This document shows positions 38,429-47,481 of a DNA stretch of 64,000 bases, piece by piece. A program made the position numbers and the translations under genes. The stretch's first letter is position 1; the number at the start of each line of letters is the position of its first letter. The notes beneath the pieces are model-generated. The model was given only the letters and a program-made list of their open reading frames with translations, did no database searches and was not told where the DNA came from. Source of the stretch: an uncultured virus (IMG/VR IMGVR_UViG_3300046694_000251) (lineage: Duplodnaviria > Heunggongvirae > Uroviricota > Caudoviricetes); the IMG/VR virus record IMGVR_UViG_3300046694_000251, one strand, 5' to 3'.

Positions 38429-39106
38429 ATGGCGGAAGACTTCCGCTGTTCGAGACCCGTGAGGCCCGCTTTGCCATGGCTCATCAACGAGGACCGCGCC
38501 GTTAAGGCGAAACTCCAGGGCCTCTCTGTTACCGATGCGAATGCGCCGGACGGCCGTCCCGTTCCGGTGCGTTACCGCATTCCCGAGGTAGAGCTGGCGA
38601 CGCAGACCTTCCCCCTGATCGTCATCGAGCACGCGGGCATCGAGAAGGCCGACGAGCGTGAGCACCGTGGCCCTGTCTACCTGCCGTACGCCCCCGAGGG
38701 CACGACCGGCTGGTGGGCGGAGGGAGACACCTCCTACGACGTCACGCAGTCCCCGTACCTCGTCGAGTACCCGATCCCTTTCGATCTGCGGTACCGCGTC
38801 ATGGTCTTCACCCGTCTCGCGGAGCACGACATTGCGCTGGCGTCTTTGATGATGCAGCGCGATCGGATTCCTGCGCGGTTCGGATTTCTGGAGATCCCCG
38901 AGGACGGAACGGTACGTCGACTGGATCTTCTCGGCGGCCCAGAGCTGGCCGACACCCGTGACGAGAACGGAAAGCGTCTGTTCCGTCGCGAATACCTGAT
39001 CTCTGTGTCCAGCGAAATGCTTCAGTCCGTCGCTGACGCGTACGTCAAGGCGGCCAGCGTGGCGCTGGACTTCGAGTACTTCACGGACAACGTAAATCGC
39101 CCATGA
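38429..39106 (+). CDS. tail terminator/completion protein (putative; start may be 38471)
   Basis: Immediately upstream of sheath; P.PFDL.Y motif. Confidence 0.6.
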   Translation: MAEDFRCSRPVRPALPWLINEDRAVKAKLQGLSVTDANAPDGRPVPVRYRIPEVELATQTFPLIVIEHAGIEKADEREHRGPVYLPYAPEGTTGWWAEGDTSYDVTQSPYLVEYPIPFDLRYRVMVFTRLAEHDIALASLMMQRDRIPARFGFLEIPEDGTVRRLDLLGGPELADTRDENGKRLFRREYLISVSSEMLQSVADAYVKAASVALDFEYFTDNVNRP

Positions 39107-39159
39107 CCCGGACCCAGGATTCGTAACCCCAGGAATTCACTTTCACCCAGGAGAAACAG

Positions 39160-40704
39160 ATGACTGTCTACAAGCGGCCCGGTGTCTACATCGACGAGAC
39201 GCTTACCCCGCTCGCGCAGACCGCGACGACTCCCGGCGAGTCCGTTGCGGCCTTCGTCGGCACCTCCAAGCAGGGCGGCCCTCTGGCGCCGACCCTGGTC
39301 TCGTCCTTCTCGCAGTACGTCGCCACCTACGGCGGCTTCGGCGATACCTCGGACTTGCTTCCGTTCGCCGTCTATGAGTTCTTCAACAACGGCGGCAACA
39401 GCGCCTACATCGTGCGCGCGGCGGCCTCCGATGCGGTCGCGGCTACCGTCAGCCTGGACGACACCGAGGCCACAGCCAAGCCGACCCTCAAGGTCACTGC
39501 GATCTCGCCGGGAACGTGGGGCAACCAGGTCTACGTAGACGTCGTTCCGGGAGCCACTGGCTCCGGCCGGTTCGACCTGTACGTCTACGTCGGAGGGGCC
39601 ACGTCCGCGTACCTCAAGGAACGCTTCTCCGACGTCTCCCTGGACCCGGCCGACTCCCGCAATGCACAGGCACTTATCAACTCGCCGGTCACCGGCTCGT
39701 CTTTCGTGCAGGTCCAGAGCCTGCTTAATACCGCGTGGGCTCCCACCCACTCCCCGTCTGTCCACACGGGCACCGCGCTGACCGGTGGCACCGATGGCGT
39801 CGCCGCGCTCAACCTGGCCACTGCTGCCCAGCGGCTGGAGATCGTCGAGGACAACCTCGTCCTGAACGTGCCGGGCGTCACCGACTCGACGGTGCTCAAC
39901 CCGATCATCCAGTGGGCGGAGGATCAGGGCTCGGTGTTCGTCGTCGTGGACGGTGCGAAGGCCACGTCTGCCGACAACGCCCACTCCTACGCGCTGAGCC
40001 TCCAGGGCATGTCTACGGGTGGCTCCGCGATCCGCTCGTCGTCCTACGCGGCCATCTACGGCCCGTGGCTGATCGTCAACGATCCGGCGACGGCGTCGTC
40101 CGGGTCGGCCCGGCTGCTGCCGCCTGGTGGTGCTGTGCTCGGCCAGTACAGCCGTACCGACGCCTCCCGGGGTGTGCAGAAGCCACCGGCCGGTGTCGAC
40201 ACGGTCCTCAAGGGCGTGCTGGACGTGCAGTTCCGGTTCTCCAACGACGACCAGGACAACCTCAACGTCGCTGGCATCAACGTGCTGAAGTCGCTGCCCG
40301 GCACGGGCTTCGTCATCTACGGCGCCCGCACCTTGTCGACGGGCATGCCGGACCGCTACGTCTCCGTCCGACGGTCGCTGATGCTGATCAAGAAGGGCAT
40401 CCTCGACGCCACCCGGTTCGCCGTCTTCGAGCCCAACGACTCGATCCTGTGGGACCAGGTCAACGCGGTCATCTCGCAGTACCTGCTGACCCTCATGCAG
40501 ACGGGCGTGCTGGCCGGAACCACTCCGGAGCAGGCGTTCTTCGTGGTGTGCGACTCGACCAACAACACCGCTGCGTCGGTGGCGAACGGGGTCGTGAACA
40601 TCTCCGTCGGTGTCGCTCTCCAGACCCCGGCCGAATTCATCGTCGTTGAGATCGGCCAGTTCAGCGGCGGTTCCTCCGCCACTGACAGCACGGCCACTTC
40701 CTGA
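39160..40704 (+). CDS. contractile tail sheath protein
   Basis: RPGVYIDE, YGPW, KPPAG, YGARTL, VFEPN, PAEFIV. Confidence 0.95.
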   Translation: MTVYKRPGVYIDETLTPLAQTATTPGESVAAFVGTSKQGGPLAPTLVSSFSQYVATYGGFGDTSDLLPFAVYEFFNNGGNSAYIVRAAASDAVAATVSLDDTEATAKPTLKVTAISPGTWGNQVYVDVVPGATGSGRFDLYVYVGGATSAYLKERFSDVSLDPADSRNAQALINSPVTGSSFVQVQSLLNTAWAPTHSPSVHTGTALTGGTDGVAALNLATAAQRLEIVEDNLVLNVPGVTDSTVLNPIIQWAEDQGSVFVVVDGAKATSADNAHSYALSLQGMSTGGSAIRSSSYAAIYGPWLIVNDPATASSGSARLLPPGGAVLGQYSRTDASRGVQKPPAGVDTVLKGVLDVQFRFSNDDQDNLNVAGINVLKSLPGTGFVIYGARTLSTGMPDRYVSVRRSLMLIKKGILDATRFAVFEPNDSILWDQVNAVISQYLLTLMQTGVLAGTTPEQAFFVVCDSTNNTAASVANGVVNISVGVALQTPAEFIVVEIGQFSGGSSATDSTATS

Positions 40705-40718
40705 GAGGTAACCCACTG

Positions 40719-41270
40719 ATGGCTACGACCACGTCCACCGTCGGACACATCGCGACGGACCCGCTTCGGAACTTCAAGTTCCAGGTCCAGATCCAGCACC
40801 CCGGCATCAAGGGCTTCGCCCGCATGGGCTTCATGTCCGTTTCGGGTCTGAACGTGACGACTGAGGTGATTCCATACCGTGAGGGTGGAATGAACACGAC
40901 AACTCAGAAGATGCCCGGTCAGTCCGATTTTGCCCCGATCACGTTGTCCAAGGGCCTCGCGGTCGGCGACTCGCAGATGATGGATTGGATGAGGCAGTTG
41001 TTCACTGTCCTCCAGGGCACTGGTAACGGAAAGGCCGGTGCGGAATTCCGGCACATGGTCGACATTAAGGTGCTCGACCACCCGGTGACTTCCGGCGCCA
41101 CTCCCGCCAAGGCCGCATTCCGCGTCTACAACGCGTGGCCCACGGCGGTTGCCTTCTCGGACCTGGACGCGGGCGCCAACGCGATCATCGTCCAGCAGAT
41201 GACCCTCGCTCACGAGGGGTTCGAGTTCAAGTTGGCTAACAGCACGGGCTCGTCTTCCGTTAGTTTCTAA
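40719..41270 (+). CDS. tail tube protein (T4 gp19-like)
   Basis: DPLRNFKF, YREGG, KMPG, ITLSKG, NAWP. Confidence 0.93.
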   Translation: MATTTSTVGHIATDPLRNFKFQVQIQHPGIKGFARMGFMSVSGLNVTTEVIPYREGGMNTTTQKMPGQSDFAPITLSKGLAVGDSQMMDWMRQLFTVLQGTGNGKAGAEFRHMVDIKVLDHPVTSGATPAKAAFRVYNAWPTAVAFSDLDAGANAIIVQQMTLAHEGFEFKLANSTGSSSVSF

Positions 41271-41306
41271 TAGCGGATTCCCGAGACTCGACTAGGAGCA
41301 AAACCA

Positions 41307-42170
41307 GTGGCTAACGACCTTAATACCGAGGGGTACTCCAGCCCCCTTACGAACCCTGGTGCAGCAAACTCCGCCATCGCGGCAGTGCTCAACCAGGGGG
41401 GCGAGGTCGCAAAGCCTGAGATCGTTCTCCCGGCAGGTGGTAATTTCCGCCTGCCGGGAGGCTACGTCTTGGGCAACGACTTCCCTAGCACCCGTTACGA
41501 CGCCGAGGTCCGGGAACTGACCGGCGCGGACGAAGAGGCCATCACCAAGGCCCGCCAGGGCGGTGTCGGCAAGTTCATCTCCACCCTGCTCGCCTCCGGA
41601 ACTGTTTCCGTGGGCGGCGAGAAGACCAGCCCCGTCCTGCTGTCCAACCTCCTGCTCGGCGACCGCGACATGCTCCTGATGGAGATCCGGCGCGCGACCT
41701 ACGGCGACGAGATCGTCTGGGAGCGGTTCTCCTGCCTGCACTGCGGCGAGGAGTTCCGCCTGTCCGTCACCCTCGACGAGATCCCGATCCGGCGCCTGGA
41801 GGACCCGTCCCAGCGCATCTTCGAAGTCGAACTGCGAAAGGGCCGTAAGGCATTCGTCCGGATTCCCGTCGGCAACGACCAGGACGCAATCCTCGCCATC
41901 GCCGACCGCACCACCGACTCCGAGCAGAACACCCTCCTGCTTTCCCGCTGCCTCATTTCCGTGGTCGAGGCCGACGGCAGCGAGAATGCCGTCACCGGAA
42001 ATCCCGAGTTCGCCCGCTCTCTGGGCATCGTGGACCGACAGCGCATCCTCGATGCGATTGAGAACAAGCAGCCCGGTCCTCAGTACAATGGGGTCAAGTT
42101 CACGCACGATTCGTGCGGAAAGGAGGTCCCCCTCTTCATTTCGGCGGGGGATCTGTTTCAGGGCCTGTAA
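41307..42170 (+). CDS. tail assembly chaperone / baseplate hub assembly protein (T4 gp26/gp51-like)
   Basis: VRELTGADEE, GDRD.LL..IR..TYG, CxxC; between tube and tape measure genes. Confidence 0.75.
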   Translation: MANDLNTEGYSSPLTNPGAANSAIAAVLNQGGEVAKPEIVLPAGGNFRLPGGYVLGNDFPSTRYDAEVRELTGADEEAITKARQGGVGKFISTLLASGTVSVGGEKTSPVLLSNLLLGDRDMLLMEIRRATYGDEIVWERFSCLHCGEEFRLSVTLDEIPIRRLEDPSQRIFEVELRKGRKAFVRIPVGNDQDAILAIADRTTDSEQNTLLLSRCLISVVEADGSENAVTGNPEFARSLGIVDRQRILDAIENKQPGPQYNGVKFTHDSCGKEVPLFISAGDLFQGL

Positions 42171-42330
42171 CTACCACGACACGTACTTCGAATACGAGCA
42201 ACTAGTCGAACTAAGTCCGGCGTGGAGCCTCAGCGAGATTCGCCGGTTGACCGTGCGCGAGCGTCTTCACTGGGTGAAGTGGTTCAGGGCGCAGCGACAT
42301 AGGCGAATTGCTGAGGCAGAGAATGGCTGA
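42171..42330 (+). CDS. tail chaperone C-terminal segment lacking its own start (probable frameshift product)
   Basis: WSLSEIRRLTVRER..W motif typical of GpE/GT-like segments. Confidence 0.6.
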
Positions 42331-45313
42331 GAGCACTGTGGCGGGGCAGGGAACGCTCCTGGGGTGGAATAAGGCCCAGGACGCGATCTCTGCCCTGACG
42401 CATACCATCAACGACCTGAACAAGGGTCTCAAGGGCGTAAACACCGGAGTCGGGCAGATGTCCCGTGCCCGGGGTATGGGCCTGGCGCTGGGCGACGCAT
42501 GGAACGGCACCAGCAATTACGCCCGCAACGTCGGCAGTGCCGGTAACGGTGGCTCCGTCCGCTTCTCCAACAACGGCTCGCAGGGCGGCGGTGCGTCCAA
42601 CAACGGTGGCTCCGGCGGCTCTGGTGGTTCCGGTGGCACGAACACCCCCCGCCTGGGTGGTGGCTCGGGCAACAACGGCGGCCACAGAAGTCGCTACACC
42701 CTCAAGGGCGGTCTCCAGGGCGTCGTCTCCTGGAGCCAGAAGCAGTTGCCCGACCAGGTCGACATGCAGACGACCGCCTACCAGGCGGCGCAGTACTCGT
42801 CCCAGTCCTGGCACACGCTGCGTGACTCGGCCTTCAAGAACAACTTCACCGCCCAGTCCACCCAGGACGCAGCAGCGGCCTACGCCACGCTGTCGCAGAT
42901 GGGCATGTCGCCCGGCTCCGCCAACTTCAATACGAACTGGAACTACGCCAAGGGCACCTCGGGATACATAAACCCGGGCATGTCCGAGGCGCAGCGTGCG
43001 CAGGGTACGGCCGCAGCGTGGAGCGCTACGACGTACAACACGCTGCGCGGCATGGGCATCCAGACGATCAAGAACGGCACGAAGCAGAGCCCTCGACAGA
43101 TCGCCCAGCAGATCTACCAGCGGTTCCCGGAACTCAAGCGGGTCAAGACGAGCGCGCAGTTGTCGGCAACCCTCGACGACCCGGGCTCGGGCCTGAACCA
43201 GTCGCTGAACTCCTGGGGCCTGGACCCGAACACCCTGCAACTGGTCAAGGGTGAACTCAAGGGCATGATGCTCGCGCAGATCCACGGCGGGTCTGCACAG
43301 GCCTACGTCAGCACCGCCAACCAGCGCGACAACGGCAAGACCCAGGAGGCGAAGAACGCCGCTCAGAAGCAGTTGTTGAACTGGAAGATCGGCGGCTCGA
43401 CCGCCAACACCCTCATGACCCGCGCGGGCACCCTGCGGAACCAGGAAGTCAACACCAACGACGCATTCACGTCCGGTCTCCAGACCGCCACGAAGTACCT
43501 GGACATGTTCTCCACCGCGCTCCAGAGCGTCCTGAAGTCATCCGGCGCGGACTCCGTCCTGGGCTTCACCGGAGGTGCTGGTTCCCTGGTGGGCTCTGCC
43601 GCTGGCTCCTTCATAGGCAACTACGCCATGATGCGCGGCCTGGGTATGGGGTCGCGCCTGCTTGCCGGTGGTGAGGGAGCGAGCGGCTTGCTGGGCGGCG
43701 TCGGTGCTGCCGCCAGGAGTGGGGGCCTGATGGCCGGGGCAGGCGCCCTGGTCCGCTCCCCCCTGGCCAAGGCTGGCGGACTGGGCCTGGCGGGCTTGGC
43801 CATCGACAAGGGCGGTCACGCAGCCGCCAACCACTTCACCAAGAAGGGCTCGACGGCCAACAAATGGGCCAACGGTGCGGCGACGGTTGGCTCGGACGCC
43901 GCCTACGGTGCTGCTATCGGAACCCTGTTCGGGCCCGAAGGAACAGTCATCGGCGGTGCGCTCGGTGCTGGGTGGGGTCTGGGCTCCGCCATCTTCGGCG
44001 GTGACGGCGGGTCGGGCGGGGCCGCTGCCGCCACGGGCAGCAAGACGTCCGGCGCGAAGGCCACTGGCACCAGCGGCGCGGGCAAGACGGCCGCTGCCGT
44101 GATCAAGGTCGCCATGCGGTACCTGGGCGTGAAGTACGTGTGGGGTGGCAGCACTCCGAAAGGCTTCGACTGCTCCGGGCTGCTCCAGTACTCGTTCAAG
44201 CAGATCGGCGTGTCCCTGCCCCGTACGGCCGCGCAGCAGCAGAGGGCGGGCAAGAAGGTCAACCTCAGCGACGTGCGCGCGGGAGACCTGCTCTTCAACG
44301 GCAACCCGGCGCACCACGTCGTGATGTGCATAGGCGGCGGCAAGATCATTGAGGCGCCGCACACGGGAGCCGTCGTCCGCGTCCGGTCCTTCCGGCCGGG
44401 CGAGTTCACCAACGCTGTGCGGGTCCTTGGTTCCGTCGGAAACCTCGGTGACCCGTCCGGCGACGCCGAAGAGACAGCCGGTTCGGACTCCAACCGCCTG
44501 TCCTCCATGGGATTCGGCGGTGACGTCGGCTCGTACGGCTCGACCGAGGAGGCTGACGCCATCGCGTCCGGCATCTCCTCTGTCGGCGCGGGCGTCGGCT
44601 CCAGCGCGGGCACCAGCAAGGATTCGACGAACGACTCCGCCAACGACGCGATCCCGACCAACATGCCATCCGGCAACGTCAAGAAGTGGATCAAGACGGC
44701 GCTCGGGATCCTGCACCAGGACACCAAGCAGAACGAGTCCATCGTCAACACGATGATCCAGCACGAGTCCAGCGGGAATCCTCACGCGATCAACCGCACC
44801 GACTCCAACGCCAGGGCGGGTCACCCGTCCAAGGGCATCATGCAGACGATCGACTCGACGTTCAACCGGTGGTCGATCAAGGGCCACAAGGACATCTGGA
44901 ACCCCGTCGACAACATCATCGCGGGCGTGCGCTACGAGGAGTCGCGCTACCACACGCTGGACAACGCGCCGGGCATCAAGTCCATGGCCAACGGCGGGAA
45001 GTACAAGGGCTACGCGGTCGGCTCGACGAACATCGACGTCGACCAGACGGCACGCGTCCACGCAGGCGAGATGATCATCCCGGCCTACCAGGCAGACGCC
45101 ATGCGCAAGGTCCTGGCAGGGAACAACGCCATGTCGACCGTCGGCGGGCTTAATACCAAGGGCGCCACGCCCACCCTGAACTTCCACTCCGGTGCGGTCA
45201 CCGTGCAGGTGCAGGGCGTCATGGACCAGCGCGCGGCCCGGGATGCTGCCCAGCAGTTCATGCAGGCCATCGCCGAGGACAACCGAATCAACATCATCGC
45301 GGCAGGAAACTAA
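42323..45313 (+). CDS. tape measure protein with NlpC/P60 and lytic transglycosylase domains
   Basis: Ala/Gly-rich; YVWGG..FDCSG..HV; HESSGNP.AIN..GIMQ..TF. Confidence 0.9.
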   Translation: MAESTVAGQGTLLGWNKAQDAISALTHTINDLNKGLKGVNTGVGQMSRARGMGLALGDAWNGTSNYARNVGSAGNGGSVRFSNNGSQGGGASNNGGSGGSGGSGGTNTPRLGGGSGNNGGHRSRYTLKGGLQGVVSWSQKQLPDQVDMQTTAYQAAQYSSQSWHTLRDSAFKNNFTAQSTQDAAAAYATLSQMGMSPGSANFNTNWNYAKGTSGYINPGMSEAQRAQGTAAAWSATTYNTLRGMGIQTIKNGTKQSPRQIAQQIYQRFPELKRVKTSAQLSATLDDPGSGLNQSLNSWGLDPNTLQLVKGELKGMMLAQIHGGSAQAYVSTANQRDNGKTQEAKNAAQKQLLNWKIGGSTANTLMTRAGTLRNQEVNTNDAFTSGLQTATKYLDMFSTALQSVLKSSGADSVLGFTGGAGSLVGSAAGSFIGNYAMMRGLGMGSRLLAGGEGASGLLGGVGAAARSGGLMAGAGALVRSPLAKAGGLGLAGLAIDKGGHAAANHFTKKGSTANKWANGAATVGSDAAYGAAIGTLFGPEGTVIGGALGAGWGLGSAIFGGDGGSGGAAAATGSKTSGAKATGTSGAGKTAAAVIKVAMRYLGVKYVWGGSTPKGFDCSGLLQYSFKQIGVSLPRTAAQQQRAGKKVNLSDVRAGDLLFNGNPAHHVVMCIGGGKIIEAPHTGAVVRVRSFRPGEFTNAVRVLGSVGNLGDPSGDAEETAGSDSNRLSSMGFGGDVGSYGSTEEADAIASGISSVGAGVGSSAGTSKDSTNDSANDAIPTNMPSGNVKKWIKTALGILHQDTKQNESIVNTMIQHESSGNPHAINRTDSNARAGHPSKGIMQTIDSTFNRWSIKGHKDIWNPVDNIIAGVRYEESRYHTLDNAPGIKSMANGGKYKGYAVGSTNIDVDQTARVHAGEMIIPAYQADAMRKVLAGNNAMSTVGGLNTKGATPTLNFHSGAVTVQVQGVMDQRAARDAAQQFMQAIAEDNRINIIAAGN

Positions 45314-46071
45314 TGGCTACGCGGATCCAGGACAACGGCACTTTCGACCCCCGGATAACGAAACTCCCCGGCCTTCAGTCACTCGTGGGCGGTGGTAAGA
45401 AGTTGAGCCGGGGCTTCATCATTCAGGAGAAGCCGGTCGACGGCGTGCGCTACCGGTGCAATTTCCTGTACAACCCGAGCGTCCTTAATGTTTCGCACTC
45501 CGTGAATTCAGCGGTCCAGGCGGACGACAACGCCCTCAACCCGAACGACGTGACGGCAAAGGACTTCCTTATGCCGTTGGAGCAGACGGTGCAGTTCAAC
45601 CTGCTGTTCGACCGGACCTACGAGATGTGGGACTCCTCCCGGGTAACCGGCGCCGAGAACGTATTCGTTCCTGCTCTCGGCGTTGGCTGGGATATTTCCA
45701 TGCTCTACAAGATCACCGGTATCTCCGCGTCCGTAGACGTAACCGGCGAAGGGACGGACGCCACGGGTGACTCCTCGAAGTCGTTCCGAAAGGGACAGTT
45801 CAGTTTCGACGCTGCCGGTCCCATGCTGTACGTCCCGGTGTATCTCGTCGTCGGCGACACCCTGAACTACTACGGCATCATCCAGGAACTCGACATCCAG
45901 TACACCCACTGGAATCAGCAGATGATCCCGTCCCGATGCCAGGTATCCATCACTATGCAGTTGCTTCCGAAACCGAAGGGCGGCGGAGAATTCGTGTCCT
46001 TCGGAAGGCTCCCCGCAGGAATGACCCCGGACGACTTCTCTAAAGGGGCAAACGGAAAGGGTGGACGATGA
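45313..46071 (+). CDS. tail tube initiator/baseplate protein (putative)
   Basis: FLYNP, LLFDRT; position after tape measure. Confidence 0.65.
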   Translation: MATRIQDNGTFDPRITKLPGLQSLVGGGKKLSRGFIIQEKPVDGVRYRCNFLYNPSVLNVSHSVNSAVQADDNALNPNDVTAKDFLMPLEQTVQFNLLFDRTYEMWDSSRVTGAENVFVPALGVGWDISMLYKITGISASVDVTGEGTDATGDSSKSFRKGQFSFDAAGPMLYVPVYLVVGDTLNYYGIIQELDIQYTHWNQQMIPSRCQVSITMQLLPKPKGGGEFVSFGRLPAGMTPDDFSKGANGKGGR

Positions 46072-46340
46072 TCTCCGCTGACTCCCGGTACGCAGACTCG
46101 ACCCTCACGCTGGTTGCCTCCGGGCGCGGCACGAACCTCACCATCGTGCCCGGCCAGCAGCGCGAGTGGTCGTTCAACTTCACCTACCACCAGTTGACCG
46201 GCGCCGACCGGATCGACCTGCTCGCCGTGCAGTACTTCGGCGACGCACGGATGTGGTGGAACATCGCCGACGCCAACCCCGAGGTCCTGGACTGGACCGT
46301 CCTGACGCCGGGGCAGATCATCAGGATCCCGAATGCCTGA
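46068..46340 (+). CDS. LysM/gpX-like baseplate protein
   Basis: DRIDLLA..YFGD..WW.IADANP..PGQ.IRIP. Confidence 0.85.
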   Translation: MISADSRYADSTLTLVASGRGTNLTIVPGQQREWSFNFTYHQLTGADRIDLLAVQYFGDARMWWNIADANPEVLDWTVLTPGQIIRIPNA

Positions 46341-47481
46341 GCCGACCCCCGTCACCGGCCTGACCATCTCCGGCAACAAGGTCACCAACCGCATCAAGCG
46401 CGTCGAGGTCCGCGAGGGCTACGGCACGCACTCCATGGCGATCGTGGACGTGACGACCAGCGCCGCCAGCTCGGCCTACCCCGAGCTGGCCCCTGTCGTG
46501 CTCGACTACGGCCGCAGTCCCAACGACATCGTCCGCTGGTACGGCTACGTGCACCACTCCAGCGAACTGGCCAGCAACAGTTCCAAGACGGTCACCACAC
46601 GCTACGTGTGCATCGGAACCAGCCTGCCGCTGAACATCCAGCGGACCAGGTCATGGAAGAACGTCAGCCCCACCTCCATCGTCCGCCAGGTAGGACGCCA
46701 GAGCGGGCTGCGTACCGTCATCTCCCCGTCCTCCCGGAGGCTCACCTACTGGGCGCAGAGCGGACAGAGCGACTTCAAACTCCTCCAGGACCTGGCGCAG
46801 GAAGTCGGCTTCCGGTTTTGGGTGGAAGGGACGACGCTCTACTTCCTCGACCCGCGCGTCCTCCTTCTGGGACAGAAGGCCCAGAACATCCCGGTGTTCT
46901 CCAAGAATCAGCAGCCCGGGGTGATGGACACCCTCCGGGAGTTGTCGATCCTCGCAGGCACCATGGTTCCCCGCCAGAACGGCACAACGGGCACCAGCAG
47001 TATCTCCGGACTGGACGCGAAAACCGGCAGGGTGATCAAGGCTTCGTCTGCGTCGAATACCGGGACGACTGCATTCCTCAATTCCATAACGACCGCTCGG
47101 GCCGTAGATAACTACGCGGACGCGCAGGCGCTTATGGAAGCCCGCACGCTCGCCTCGCGTGGCTGGATCACCATGCAGGCCACGCTGTACGGCACGGCAA
47201 AGATCGCCCCGGGAACGCTGGTCGCTATCACCGGTCGTTCCCTTTCTCCGGACCGGACCGGCCGGTGGATGGTGACCGGCACCAAGCACATCATCAACCG
47301 GGACAAGAGCAATTCCGGATGGGTGTTCACCACGACCGTCGATGCGGAAAGGGACCAGCCCTACGAGGTAACATTCCGAAGCGATGCGAACAAGCGATTC
47401 AAGTTCGACACCGTCCCGGCTGTGCTGAGGAATAAGCAGTTCTGGGAATCGAGTCTTCTGGAGGACATCAATGTCGGCTGA
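46333..47481 (+). CDS. baseplate hub (gp27/GpD-like)
   Basis: Q.GQSDF.LL..LA..GF motif, position. Confidence 0.8.
   Translation: MPEPTPVTGLTISGNKVTNRIKRVEVREGYGTHSMAIVDVTTSAASSAYPELAPVVLDYGRSPNDIVRWYGYVHHSSELASNSSKTVTTRYVCIGTSLPLNIQRTRSWKNVSPTSIVRQVGRQSGLRTVISPSSRRLTYWAQSGQSDFKLLQDLAQEVGFRFWVEGTTLYFLDPRVLLLGQKAQNIPVFSKNQQPGVMDTLRELSILAGTMVPRQNGTTGTSSISGLDAKTGRVIKASSASNTGTTAFLNSITTARAVDNYADAQALMEARTLASRGWITMQATLYGTAKIAPGTLVAITGRSLSPDRTGRWMVTGTKHIINRDKSNSGWVFTTTVDAERDQPYEVTFRSDANKRFKFDTVPAVLRNKQFWESSLLEDINVG

Noticed and set aside
19896..45492. CTTAATCTC (19896) and CTTAATGTT (45484) as motif copies
   Set aside because: They match only the first six bases, so they were left out of the count.
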